Source: Chiloscyllium plagiosum (lineage: Eukaryota). Taken from it: a stretch of 64,000 nucleotides of DNA. Position 1 is the stretch's first letter. Every line of letters starts with the position of its first letter. The notes below the pieces were generated by a model. It did no database searches. It was not told where the DNA came from and was given only the letters and a program-made list of their open reading frames with translations. The position numbers and the translations under genes were made by a program. Shown here in pieces: positions 26,010-37,810 of the stretch. Location: assembly GCF_004010195.1 (NCBI RefSeq), contig NC_057718.1, positions 84,129,730 through 84,193,729 on the forward strand. The letters run 5' to 3'.

Positions 26010-27840
26010 CTGAAAAATCTGTCAACCTCACTAATGTCCTTCAGGGAAGGAAATCTACCATCCTTACCTAGTCTGACCTACATGTGACTTGGGACCACCG
26101 GCAATGTAGTTAGCTCTCAACTGCCCTCTGAAATGGGCTAGCAAGCCACTCAGTTATATCAATCACTACACAGTCTCACCAAATAAATGAAATGAAAAGA
26201 CCAGTTGGCATCAACCCAGGCACTGGAAACGACAATGGCAGAAACAGCCCTGTTGATCCTGCAAAATCCCTCTTACCAACATCTGGGGGCTGGTGCCAGA
26301 ATTGGGACAGCTGTCTCAGACTAGTCAAGCAATAGCCTGACATTGTCTGTAGGGTCTGATTCTGTGAGTATGACTGTGTTCCAGATATCACCATTACTAT
26401 ACTTCGATATGTCCTCCCACCAGGATACAGACCCAGCAGAGATGGTGGCACTGTGGTATACAGATGGGAGGTATGCAACTTTGAGTCTGGACCCCCTGAA
26501 GTCTCATGGCTTCAGGTTAAACATGGGCAAGGAAATTTCATGTTAATTACCACATACTGTCCTCCCTTGGCTGATGAATCAATACTCCTCCACGTTGAAT
26601 GACACTTGGAGAAAGCACTGAAGGTGGCAAGGGCCAAAATGTGCTCTAGGGTCAGGATCTCATTGCCCACTGCCAAGAGTGGCTCAGCAGCAACATTACT
26701 GATCAAGCTGGCTGGGCCCTTTCCATCATAGCTGCTAGACTGGATCTGCAGCAGGCAGTGAGGGAACCAACACGAGGGAAAAACATACTTGGCCTCACCC
26801 TTACCCTTACCAATCTGCTGTTTGCAGATACATCTATCCATGACAGTATCAGTCGGATGACCACTGTACAGTCCTTTTAGAGATTAATTTCTAGCTACAC
26901 ACTGAAAATACCTTCTATCATGTTGTGTGGTGCTATCACTGTGCTAAATGGAACAGACTTTGAACAGGTCTAGCAACTCAGGACTTAGCATTCATGAGGT
27001 GCTGTGGGCCATCAACAGCAGAATTATACTCCAGCACAACCTGTAACCTCATGGTCCGGCATATCTCCAATTCAACCATTACCATTAAGCCAGGGAATCA
27101 ACCCTAATTCAGTGGAAAGTGCAGGAGGGCATACCTGAATATGAGGTGTCAACCTGATGAAGCTACCAAACAGGGTGACTTGCATGCCAAACTGCATGAA
27201 CGGCAAGTGATAGAGCTAAATAATCCTACAATCAATGGATCTGCAGTCCTGCCACATCCAGTCATGAATGGTGGTGGGCAATTAAACAACTCACTGGAGG
27301 AGGCTCCACAAATATTCCCATCTTCAATGATGGAAGAGCCCAACACATTAGTGCAAAAGATATGGTTGAATCATTCTCAAGAATCTTCAGCCGGATGTGA
27401 TGATGATCCATCTCTGCCTCCAATAGTGCTTTGCATCAAAGATACCAGTCTTTGGCGAATTTAGTTTATTCCATGTGATTATCAAGAAGCAGTCGCAGGT
27501 ACTGGAAACTGCAAAGACCATGAGTCCTGACAACATTTCAGAAATGGTATTGACAATTTGTCCTTCAGAACATGCCACTCCACTAGGCAAGCTACACCAG
27601 TATAACACTGGTATCTCCCAACAATGTGGAAAGTTGTCCAGGTATGTTCTGTATACAAAAATCAGGGCAAACCCAACCCGGCCAATTACTGCCCCATCGG
27701 TCCACTCTGATCGGTAAAGTGATGGAAGGTATTATCAACCATGCTAGAAAGCATCATCTACTCAGTGATGCCCAGTTTGGGTTCTGCCAGAGTCACTTAG
27801 CTCCTGATCTCATTACAGCCCTGGTTCAAACATAGACAAA

Positions 27841-29230
27841 GCCACCAAGATAGTTGAGGATGAAATAATGGTCTCCTTTGACCTTGCAGCCCTTTTCACA
27901 TCAATTAATATTGACCTGGCCAAAGAAACACTAGCATCACTATTAGAAAAATGAGGACCACAAACACCAGACAGCCCCAACTTCATCAGCAAAGACAACA
28001 TGCTCCAGCTAGTGGACCTGTGCCTTACCACCCACTTCTCATTCAATAACAAAACCTACAAACAAGTCAATGGAACACCAATGGGATCACCAATATCAGG
28101 GCTCAGAGCGGATGCAGTAATGCAGAGAATTGAACAAGCTGCCCTCCCATTTATCCAACCCAAACTTTGGGTCCGCTACGTAGATGACACCTTTGTCATC
28201 ACGAAACGGAACAAATTAGAGGAAACCAACAACACCATCAACAATATTCTGACAGGCATAAAATTCACAAAAGAGGAGGAAAATGACAACAGACTCCTAA
28301 TGCTAGATGCGACAGTTGACCGTACAGTTAACGGAGAGCTTCAAACCAGTGTCTACAGAAAAACAACAGACATGGACCACATACTTTACTTCAGAAGCAA
28401 TCATCCCAACACCCACAACGGAGCTGCATCAAGGCATTATTTCAACGAGCTACATCACACTGCAGCATCCAAGACCTAAAAAAAGCAGAATAAAAATATC
28501 TATACAACGTTTTCAAGAAAATCAAGTATCCAACAAATACAATCCACAGATTCCTCAAACAAACCCAAACAAGCAGACAGAACACAACCAAAAACTATAG
28601 CCACATTACCTTACATCAAAGACATATCAGAAATGACTTCCAGTCTACTCAGACCCCTTGGCATCATGGTAGCCCACAAAGCTACCAACACACTTAAACA
28701 GCGACTATTGAACCTAAAGGATCCAATAGACGCCACCAGCAAAATTAATGTCATATACCAGATACCATACAAGAACTGTTTTTTTTTTAAACAAAGCACT
28801 ACATCAGACAAACTAGCAGGAAACCCGCCACCAGCATACATGAACACCAACTGGCCACCAAAAGACACGACCCACTGCCACTAGTTTATATACGTACAGA
28901 CAAAGAAGGACCCCACTTTGACTGGGACAACACACACATCCTAGGACAGACGAAACAAAGACACGTATGACAATTCTTCGAGGCATGGCATTCTAACCAG
29001 AACCCCATCAATAAACACACTGATTTAGACCCTCTCTACCTTCCCTTGGGAGAAAAAAAGAACTGGAAATGACATCACCCACCTTAAGAAACCATAAATA
29101 GAGAGGTGGGACATAACACCAGTGCTTCATCAGAGACTCTCACTGATGTTACCTAGTGTGATGAAATGTCTGAAAACAAACGTTCAAGCTCAGCAAGCAA
29201 CTTATCATCAACCTGAACTACAAATCTTCT
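27841..29230 (+). mobile_element. Penelope-like element (RT plus GIY-YIG), 5'-truncated
   Basis: VSFDLAALFTSI, GTPMGSPISG, WVRYVDDTF, VYRKTT and NVIYQIPY motifs. About 14-bp degenerate TSD (27827-27840 / 29231-29244). Degraded hammerhead near 29143-29170. Confidence 0.9.
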
Positions 29231-29313
29231 CAAAAATGGACAAAATAGTTGAATTCCAAAGGTGAAGGAGGAGAGATAGCCTTTGACATTAAGGCTACAT
29301 TTGACCATAGTGC

Positions 29314-29728
29314 CATAGAATCATACAGCACGGAATCAGACCCTTCATTCCAACTCGTCCGCGCTGATCAGTCATCCCGATCTGACTCTATTTGCCAGTA
29401 TTTGGTCCATATCCCTCTAAACTCTTCCTATTCATATACCCATCCAGGTGCCTTTTAAATGTTGTAATTGTAACAGCTTCCACCACTTCCTCTGGCAGCT
29501 CATTCAATACACATACCACTGTCTGCGTGAAAAGGTTACCCCTCAGGTCTCTGAAATCTTTCCCCTTTAATTTTAAATCTATGCCCTCTGGTATTGGAAT
29601 CCCTACCCTAAGAAAAAGATCTTGGCTATTGACCCTATCCTTGCCCCTCATGACTTCATAAACCTCTGTAAGGTCACCCTATCTCTGAAATCCATGGAAA
29701 AAAGCTCCAGCCTATTCAGTCACACTCT
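29314..29728 (-). mobile_element. CR1 3' fragment
   Basis: DRVNSQDLF...RGNLFTQTVVCVLNELPEEVVEA on the minus strand. Confidence 0.85.
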
Positions 29729-30210
29729 ATATTGTGGTAACTATTAATATACCTGTTTCTATATTTTGTAGTTAAGTGCTTTATTGGAAATAGCACAGAA
29801 TAATATGATTTTTTTTCTTATTTCTTATGTGTGTTACTAAATAGGCTATTAGGTATATCATATTAAATAGACGTTATGAGAAAGAGGGACATAGAAAGAT
29901 ATTCTTACAGACTGATCCATTAAATGTCCTTAATTCTTTGCTATGTCCTGTTATCTGTGGTCTATGTCTAATTAAGTGATAATAAAGTGATTGAAATATC
30001 AAGTTTTTGTTTTTTTTAAACACTAGCTTATAACGTTGGGCTAACTGGGTAAGAAAACGTTCCATGATTACAAAGAGCATTGGCAATTCTGCCAATTAAT
30101 TATTTGTTGCATTTTTATGCTCTTTTATCAAGGCCAACTTATGTTTAATTTGTGTGTGCATCTTTATCCAGTGTTTTAATCTGATTTAAACGCATGTTTT
30201 TGTGTTTTAG

Positions 30211-30344
30211 TGACTTTTTGCTCTTGGTGCTGAAGGATCTGATAGTGTCTCGGCATGATCTACGTGTTATCCTGATGAGTGCTACTCTAAATGCACAGCT
30301 GTTTACAGAGTACTTCAATTCTTGCCCCAGTATCCACATTCCAG
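30211..30344 (+). CDS. DHX57: DHX57 coding exon (motif III SAT)
   Basis: ttttag|T...CCAG|gtagt. DFLLLVLKDLIVSRHDLRVILMSATLNAQLFTEYFNSCPSIHIP. Phase 2 in, 1 out. Confidence 0.96.
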
Positions 30345-31593
30345 GTAGTATTAGATCTGCATAACACAAATATTTGTTTTAAAGTTACATCCATTATCAT
30401 CTTAAAGATTACGTGAGTATCCATCCTTTTATTGCTACACAGGTACAATTTGACGCAAAACAAGATTTTGAGAGGAGAGTAGGAAGTGGAGAGACAAAAA
30501 TAAGGAGGAGGTTTTGAACTCAGAAGAAGGGAAGAGAATTGGCTTTTAGAATTGCTTATCTTGAGTAGGGAAAATAATATCGATAGTCTCTGCCATTTAT
30601 GAAATGTTTTGGCAAAGTGAGGTTTGCAATTCTGCAACATAGTGTTCAAGAAGTAATCAGAATCTGAAAAAAGAACCACTGGTCCCAAAACATAAACTCT
30701 GCTTTATTTCCATAGATACTTCCAGATATGCTGAGTTTTCCAACAATTTCTGATGTTGAATCAGATAAGACATGTTTCAGGAGTGATTTATAGACGGGGA
30801 TGAGAATTTTAATATCAATAATTTTTTTTTAACATGATAAAACATTGGAATGCACTTCACAGGAGTATTATGAATTGGACACTGAACCAATTAAGATATT
30901 CAGGCAAATGACCAAAGGTTGGTCACAGAGAGGTTTTAAGGGACTCTTAAAGAAGGAGTGAGAGGAAGTGGTGTAGATATTAAACAGAAAAGATACAGCA
31001 CAGATTTGTTGGGAATGTTGTCTTGTTTTGTAAATAAAATATGAAATAAGTATGTTAAATTAGAGGTTTTTATTGATTAGGAGATTAAAGTCTTAAACTT
31101 GGAGGAATGTTGCAATAATTTTGGACTGTTAAATTCCAATTCTTCAAAACCATGATGCGAACTATGTATTGTGAACCTAAGTTGACAATTTCACTGTGAT
31201 AGATCATGTGATAAATGATATGGAAATTGAAAATATTGCACACTGATTGTAAGCTATCTAACGTAAGGGAGGGCTCTTTACAAAGCAGGATAGAGAGCGC
31301 TTTACTTCATGACAAACTGTGTTGTTCCTGGCCAAGAGCATTTAATGTAGAACCCCAATTTAAATGTCTTGCTTTTTCTATTTCCTGATACAAGGCAACA
31401 TCTTATTGTGCCAGTGCTTTATCCTCTCTAATAATCTCAATATTGTTCCTATCATTTGGAATTCAAGTCTGTACGCAGTATTCCAACTCTAGTCTTATAG
31501 AATGATCTGATGGTGTTGCTTCAAATTGGAAAGGAACAGAATAGAATTGAAGGAATCATCATTTTAACATTAATTATAAAGATTTAGGAAGGA

Positions 31594-31819
31594 TTAGATT
31601 AGATTAGATTAGGTTCCCTACGGTGTGGAAACAGGCCTTTTGGCCCAACCAGTCCACACCGACCCTCCGAAGAGTAACCCACCCAGACCCATTTCCCTCT
31701 GACTAATGCATCTAGCACTATGGGCAATTTAGTATGGCCAATTCACCTGACCTGCACATCTTTGGACTGTGGGAGGAAACTGGAGGAAACCCACGCAGAC
31801 ACGGGGAGAATGTGCAAAC
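31594..31819 (-). mobile_element. HE1-like SINE, 5'-truncated, with TSD
   Basis: (TAATC)n tail and 11-bp TSD tttaggaagga (31583-31593, 31820-31830). Confidence 0.9.
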
Positions 31820-32150
31820 TTTAGGAAGGAGAGACGGATAACTGTATAGTGGTTTATAACACTGGAATAAACTATTAGAATTGGTGATTGAAAAATCAGA
31901 CTATGTCAACATTTTAGGGTAGGTAGTTGAAGAAAAACCAATGCATAAACACACAAGGAATTTAGGCACATAGGATTAGGATTGCTGCATGTGCAGGAAC
32001 AGTAATATAAGTTGATTCAGCCAAACAGTTCTGTTCTTGAATTCTGTTCAAGAATTATATTTAGAACTGGATTCAGATGTATTCATAAAGGAATAGTTTG
32101 AGTAAAGCTTTCAAAACTGTGTCAACACTAGTCAGACCTCAGGTGATGTG

Positions 32151-33027
32151 CAGAGGAACCTCGATTATCTGAATACGAATTATCCGAAAATGGGATTATC
32201 CGAAGAAGATCTCGAGGTTCCAATGGAAACATTATATCAAAGACGTGTTTCCAACAGTGATCACATCTTTTGTTTACAGTGATTAAACAGGCACCGTCTC
32301 CAAATGACTGACTACCGGCCCCTCTCTCCCCACACTTTCCCTGGAGTTCTACACAGAGGTGTTACCTAAACACCCCCTTCCCCAGATAATCTCTCCAACA
32401 TTATCCTGTACAGGGCAAAGGTGGAACCTGTCCAAAAGTTGCAGCAAAAAATTGTGTGGCTGTGGCTGTGTGCGTGCTATTTGGAGACTTACCCCACAAA
32501 GGCAACTGCAGCAGCAGTCTTGTTGTTGGTGTACGGTCTGGCTGGAAAAAATGAGGTCTGCAGATGCTGGAGATCAGAGCTGAAAATGTGTTGCTGGAAA
32601 AGCGCAGCAGGTCAGGCAGCATCCAGGGAACAGGAGAATCGACGTTTCGGGCATAAGCCCTTTCCTGAAAAAGGGCTTATGCCCGAAACGTCGATTCTCC
32701 TGTTCCCTGGATGCTGCCTGACCTGCTGCGCTTTTCCAGCAACACATTTTCAGCTACAGTCTGGCTGCCCCAGCGAGGGGGCGAGTGTGCATGGAGTTAG
32801 GGGGCGGGTGAGAGGTGGTGTTGGAAGGGTTTGGAGGCAGGGGGCAGTGTCTGATGGTGTTGGGGGCGGGGCCTTGCACGCTGTGTCCTGCTGCAGTCTC
32901 CTGAACGGGGAACAGACTTTAAAAACTCCGAGCCTCAGAGGAAAGGCATTTATCGATTAACCGAATAATCGATTATCCGAACAAAATAGTGCCCGCCCAT
33001 CTCATTCGGATAATTGAGGTTCCCCTG
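32151..33027. mobile_element. Non-autonomous Tc1/mariner (Tigger/pogo-like) DNA transposon (MITE)
   Basis: 24-bp TIRs CAGAGGAACCTCGATTATCTGAAT and the reverse complement CAGGGGAACCTCAATTATCCGAAT. TA on the right flank, TG on the left. Subterminal ATTATCCGAA repeats. No transposase ORF. Confidence 0.8.
32545..32755. mobile_element. Short PLE-derived fold-back element: perfect 86-bp inverted repeat with 6-nt spacer
   Basis: Arms 32578-32663 and 32670-32755 are exact reverse complements. 12-bp TSD ac(g/a)gtctggctg (32533-32544, 32756-32767). Confidence 0.93.
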
Positions 33028-33654
33028 TATACAGTTCTGGGTCCAATGTTTCAGCAAGGATATGAACGCATTGGAGAGGGTGCAGAAGAGGTTTATGAGA
33101 ATGATTCCAGAGGTGAGAAACCTCAGTGATGAAGTTAGATGGGAGAAGTTGAGACTGGATTTCCTTGGAGAAGAGAAGGCTCGAAGGAGATTTGCTGGAA
33201 GTTTTCAAAATCGTGCAGTCTGGACAGAGTAGATAGGGAGAAACTGTTCTTCCTTCTAAATGGATTGAGAATAAGAGGGTACTGATTAAAAGCAGTAGAT
33301 AAGCAGATACAAAAGAAGTAAATGCGATATGAGAAAAAAGTTCTCACAGTAGTCAAGATCTGTAATGCACTGCCTGAAAGTGCGGATGAAGGCAGGTTTA
33401 ATCAAGGCAGCATTAGGTGATTATTTGAATAGAAATAACGTGCAAGGTTGTAGAGAAAACGCAGGAGAATGACACCATGTCATAATGCTCATTTTGAGAA
33501 CCGGTGTTGACATAATGGGCCAAATAGCTTCCTAATTCTGCATTGTAACACTTCACTCCACAAAAAGTGGAATGATTTATTTACCCATTCCACTTCTTGT
33601 GATGTTTTATGCTCTAATTTCTCAGAACATGATTGTACCTCAGAATAGCACCTA

Positions 33655-33945
33655 TTTTGATTTGATTTATTGTTGTCACATGCACCTAAGCACAGTGAAA
33701 AGTTTTTAGTGTGCAGTAAAGGTAGATCATAACGTAGAAGGACATACAAATCCTAGGGTGTTTAAACAGAGCGAGGCATAAAAGGTTATGACTGCATAGA
33801 AGGTGCACAAAAGTAGATCGGTATTAGATTTGAAATTAGAGAGGGCCATTCTAATTGTAGCAGGGAAGCTGTTCTTGAACCTGTTGGTACATATGTTTAA
33901 GCTTCTGTATCTTTTGCCTGACAAAAGAAGTTGGAAGAGAAGTTT
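33655..33945 (-). mobile_element. Rex1/Babar-like LINE 3' fragment
   Basis: Minus-strand LFQLLLSGKRYRSLNICTNRFKNSF, characteristic of the Rex1 C-terminus. Confidence 0.7.
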
Positions 33946-33954
33946 GACACCACC

Positions 33955-35170
33955 TGGAACAAAGCAACCCTCTTGATTGACACCGCATCCACTGCCACCA
34001 TCACCAACTCTCAGTAGCTGCAGCGTGTACCATCTACAAGATGCTCTGCAGAAATTTAGCAAGGTGCCTCGGACAGCATCTTCCTCGACCACAGTTACTT
34101 CCACCTACAAGGACAAGGACAGGGACAAGCAGATACATGGGAGCACCACCACCTGCAAATTCCTCTCCATGCCACTGACCATTTTGACTTGGAAATACAT
34201 CTCTGTTCTTTCACTGCCACTGGGTCAAATCCTGGAATTCCCCCTCTAATCGCATTGTGGGTCTATCTACAGCACATGGACTACAGTGGTTCAAGAAGGC
34301 AGCTTGCCACCACCTTCTCGAGGACAACTAGGAATGGGCAGTAAATGCTGGCCAGCCAGCAATGTCCATTTTTTTAAATTTCAAAAATATACTTTATTCA
34401 TAAAATACTTTGATGATCTGTACAACTGGACATGCCATACATATGTAAACATTCCATTTGTTTGCATACTGAAAACAGAGTAATCATTCTTCTTTACAGG
34501 TCTGTACGATTACATTTTTAGCTGAGGCGTCAGCAGAGCCCAAATGACTGCGCGGGCCCCCTGTTCTTCTTTAGACAGGCAGATGTTACACGGTGGTCTT
34601 TCCCCACCGCGCCTTGGCGGCAGCTGCCCCAAGCTTCAGCGCGTCCCTCAACATGTAGTCCTGGACCTTGGAATGTGCCAGTCTGCAACACTCAGTCGGG
34701 GTCAACGCCTTCAGCTGGAAGATCAACAGGTTTCGGACCGCCCAGAGAGCGTCCTTCACCGAGGTGATGATCCTCCAGGCATAGTTGATGTTCGTCTCGG
34801 TGTGCATCCCGGGGAACAGACCGTAGAGCACGGAGTCCCGCGTCAGGGCGCTGCTCGGGACGAACCTCGACAAACACCACTGCATTCCTCTCTAGACGAC
34901 TTCTGCGTAGGCACATTCCAGAAGGAGATGTGTGACAGTCTCGTCCCCCCCCGCAGCCGCTTAGAGGGCAGCGTGCGGTGCGGCTGAGAGTCCGGGTGTG
35001 CATAAAGGATCTCACAGGCAGAGCCCTTCTCACCACCAGCCAAGCCATGTCTTGGTGCTTGTTGGAAAGTTCTGGCGATGAGGCATTCTGCCAAATGGCT
35101 TTGACAGTCTGCTCAGGGAACCGCTCGATAGGATCCGCCAGCCAGCAATGTCCATGTCCCACGAGTGACT
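33955..35170 (+). mobile_element. 3' end of a non-CR1 LINE, with a Tx1 element inserted in its tail
   Basis: Tail ggacaactaggaatgggcagtaaatgctggccagccagcaatgtccat|gtcccacgagtga is split by the Tx1 insertion. Confidence 0.65.
34370..35136 (-). mobile_element. Tx1/L1-clade LINE, 5'-truncated, young
   Basis: IWQNASSPELSNKHQDMAWLVVRRALPVR, CPLSGCG zinc-knuckle region, KDALWAVRNLLIFQ. AATAAA and a short poly(A) on the minus strand. Perfect 19-bp TSD gccagccagcaatgtccat (34351-34369, 35137-35155). Confidence 0.88.
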
Positions 35171-35551
35171 AAACTTTAAAACAAAAAACCAAGGATATCC
35201 GAGACAAAAGAGATAATGGTCAGCTGTGTCACACTTGCCACTAAGTCTGACAGTACAAGTCTTTGTGAACTTGAACACAAAATTTCACCTGCAACACCTT
35301 TGTAAATTTATGGGAATTTGTTGGCTTCAGATAAAATCTGACTACAATGCCTGTCTTTTCATACTTTTTGATTTTTAAACCTGTACCTATGAAGATGAAC
35401 CAACATTTACCAACCTTTCCTGTGCTCTTGCTTCAAAGACAGAAATTTGAATTCACAAGCTCTGTAACATTAAGGACAAAAAATGTAAAAGTCAAAATTG
35501 TACAATTAAGTGAAAGTAAAAATACTTAATCTTGTCATTCTGTTATTTTAG

Positions 35552-35606
35552 GACATACTTTTCCAGTGGCTCAGTATTTCCTGGAAGATGCACTTACTAT
35601 GACTAG
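35552..35606 (+). CDS. DHX57: DHX57 coding exon (55 bp)
   Basis: ttttag|GA...ACTAG|gtaag. GHTFPVAQYFLEDALTMTR. Phase 1 in, 2 out. Confidence 0.93.
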
Positions 35607-36259
35607 GTAAGCATTATTTATGTTGTATCAGGACAAAGAGCTACCATACTCCTTCATGTAATTGTGAATTACATTTTCTTTTGAAGCTTCACAAATTTGA
35701 AGAATGTAGCTTTGATTTTAGCCAGTCACGAAATTTGTGCATTCAATCTTTTTACCTGCTTATGTGCTCTGGATTCTGAATGCAGTCTCTGGCTGGGGAC
35801 AGATCTTACCTTGTTATCTGCTTACTTGTAGTAGCACTTTGGTTAATATTGACTCTTTTTCATGCTAATTGTCTTCCTCTTGCGCAAATGAACAAAGAAT
35901 GCTCACACCCATAAAACTGCATGAAAATGTGATCATTTTATACATTTAACAATGGAAGCAGTACAAAATTCAGCTCAACAGAGTGCACTTTTCAGTGTGC
36001 TTACTTAACTCTGGGAATTTGGTGAGTAAGGGAGGAAGAGTTATTCTAATCTATGCAGAATGAGGAATAGTCTGAGCAATTGGAGGACAGCAAGTCCAAA
36101 GGTATAAATAAGATAAGCAGGTTGAATGGTGAGTTTTAATTTCTTTGTTGTCTAAGCTAGGAGGATAGTTTAAGCTAGGATCGGGAAAGTATATGCACAG
36201 TCTTAAATGTAGAACTTTTCTTGTTAAACTGATTATGTAACTAGAACTCATCAAATAAT

Positions 36260-36760
36260 AAAATATGGCACAGCGGGTTGTGTGTCTGGCCTGCAGATCA
36301 AGGCATTTGTGCACAATGATGCTGTGTCCTGAGCAAACATGCGGGAGATGTATCCATCTCATATGTCTCTAGCTGGAAGTCATTGAGTTGGAGTGCATGT
36401 TGGAGAGACTCTGATACATAGAAGAGGTGAAGGAATGAATGGGGAATTTTAATCCAGAATATAGTCAAATTCTAAGAGAAAACAGTTTTGAGCAGTAGTG
36501 GGTGTGAGAGATAAAGCGAGCTGAGTAGCAGGGATTTAGAAGAAAAGGAGGTCCTACAGACACTGGCCCTGACCAAAGCGTATTAAGTATTCGCTGGGTG
36601 TGAGAGCAATGAGGAGTGCTTCAGGGAATATAGCCACAATGCACTCCAAGGCACCGTGGATCAGAAAACTAAATGTAGGGCAGTTATGGAAGAGCAGAAT
36701 AGTAATGTGGTAGTAATACGCTATTTTAAAATGAGAGGGATAATTAGCCTCCTTTGTGAC
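36260..36760 (+). mobile_element. CR1 ORF1 N-terminal remnant (zinc finger and coiled coil)
   Basis: MAQRVVCLACRS...TCGRCIHL...LEVIELE pattern, followed by a VVVI...IMRG-like esterase start. Confidence 0.5.
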
Positions 36761-36789
36761 ACGAAAGAGATCTTGGACTCTAGAAACAG

Positions 36790-37068
36790 AATCATGGTAT
36801 TCCTACAGTGTGGAAGCTGGCTTTTCAACTCAAGTCCACACTGACCCTCCAAAGATCCACACCTGCCTCCCCAGCCTATTTCTATATCCATGTATTTCTC
36901 ATGGATAATCCACCTAGCCTGCACATCTTTGAACTGTAGAAGGAAACTGGTGTACCCTGGGGAAACCAACGCAGACATAGGATAAATGTGCAAACTCCAC
37001 ACAGTCACCCGAGGGTGGAATCAAACCCGGGTCCCTGGTGCTGTGAGGCAGCAGTGCTAGCCACTGTA
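36790..37068 (-). mobile_element. HE1-like SINE
   Basis: Same head and core on the minus strand. Confidence 0.85.
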
Positions 37069-37187
37069 CTATCCTAAATACTGCGATATTTTCTGCTGTT
37101 TCATTCTCTGGATATGGACATCAGTGGCAAGGCAGTAATCTACTGTCTGTTCCTAGTTGCTGTTCAGGAGGTGGTGAATTAGACTCC

Positions 37188-37810
37188 GAGTCAGATAGTA
37201 TGGAAACAGACCCTTCAGTCCAACTCATCCACACCGACCAATTATCTCAAACTATACTAATTCCGTTTGCTTGCATTTGGCACACATCCCTCAACCTTTC
37301 CTATTCATGTGCTATCTAAATTTCTTTTAAATGTTGTAACTGTACTAGCATCTACTACACTCTCTGCCAATTCCTTCCAGAGACTAACCGCCCTCTGTGT
37401 GAAAAGGTTGCTCCTCAGTCCCTTTTAAATCTTTCTCCTCTCGCCTTAAAACTATGCCCTCTAGTCTTGAACTCCCCTACCCTTGGGGAAAGACCTTTGT
37501 GATACACCTTATCTATGCCCCTCATGATTTTATAAACCCGAACAAAGTCATCCTTCAACCTTCTCCATTTCAGTGAAAATAGTCCCAGCCTGTACAGCCT
37601 TTCCTTAAAACTCAAACCCTCCAGTCCGGATAACATCCTGATAAATATTTTCTGAACCCTCTCCAATTTAACGATATCCTTCCTGTAACAGGATGACCAG
37701 AATTGCACACAATACTCTTGTAAAACCACAACATGATGGCCTAACTCCTATGCTCAGTGGTCTGAGCAAGAAGGCAAGTATGCTAAACACCACCTTTACC
37801 ACCCTGTCTC
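37188..37810 (-). mobile_element. CR1 3' fragment
   Basis: EYCVQFWSSCYRKDIVKLERVQK on the minus strand. Confidence 0.88.

Larger units (their letters stand above)
25688..29310 (+). mobile_element. Degraded APE-RT LINE (non-CR1, possibly RTE-X-like) preceded by a tRNA-like head and interrupted by two PLE-related insertions
   Basis: A/B boxes at 25688-25763. EN start NIWGLVPELGQL, then QDRPSR-GG-like, QFGFCQSHLAPDL and AFDIKATFD remnants. Confidence 0.7.
32085..33545 (+). mobile_element. CR1 3' fragment split by a MITE
   Basis: actagtcagacctcag before 32151 continues as tacagttctgggtc...ALERVQKRFMRMIPE after 33027. Confidence 0.8.

Noticed and set aside
32161..32205. CRISPR-like short repeats (ATTATCCGAA)
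   Set aside because: Vertebrate intron, repeats too short, no spacer structure. They are subterminal repeats of a MITE.
32578..32755. miRNA precursor or terminator
   Set aside because: A perfect stem made of a dispersed PLE tail with a TSD, so TE origin explains it. No small-RNA evidence is available.
32421..32960. 179-aa ORF in the MITE as a transposase
   Set aside because: It spans the nested palindrome and has no DDE/D or HTH motifs.
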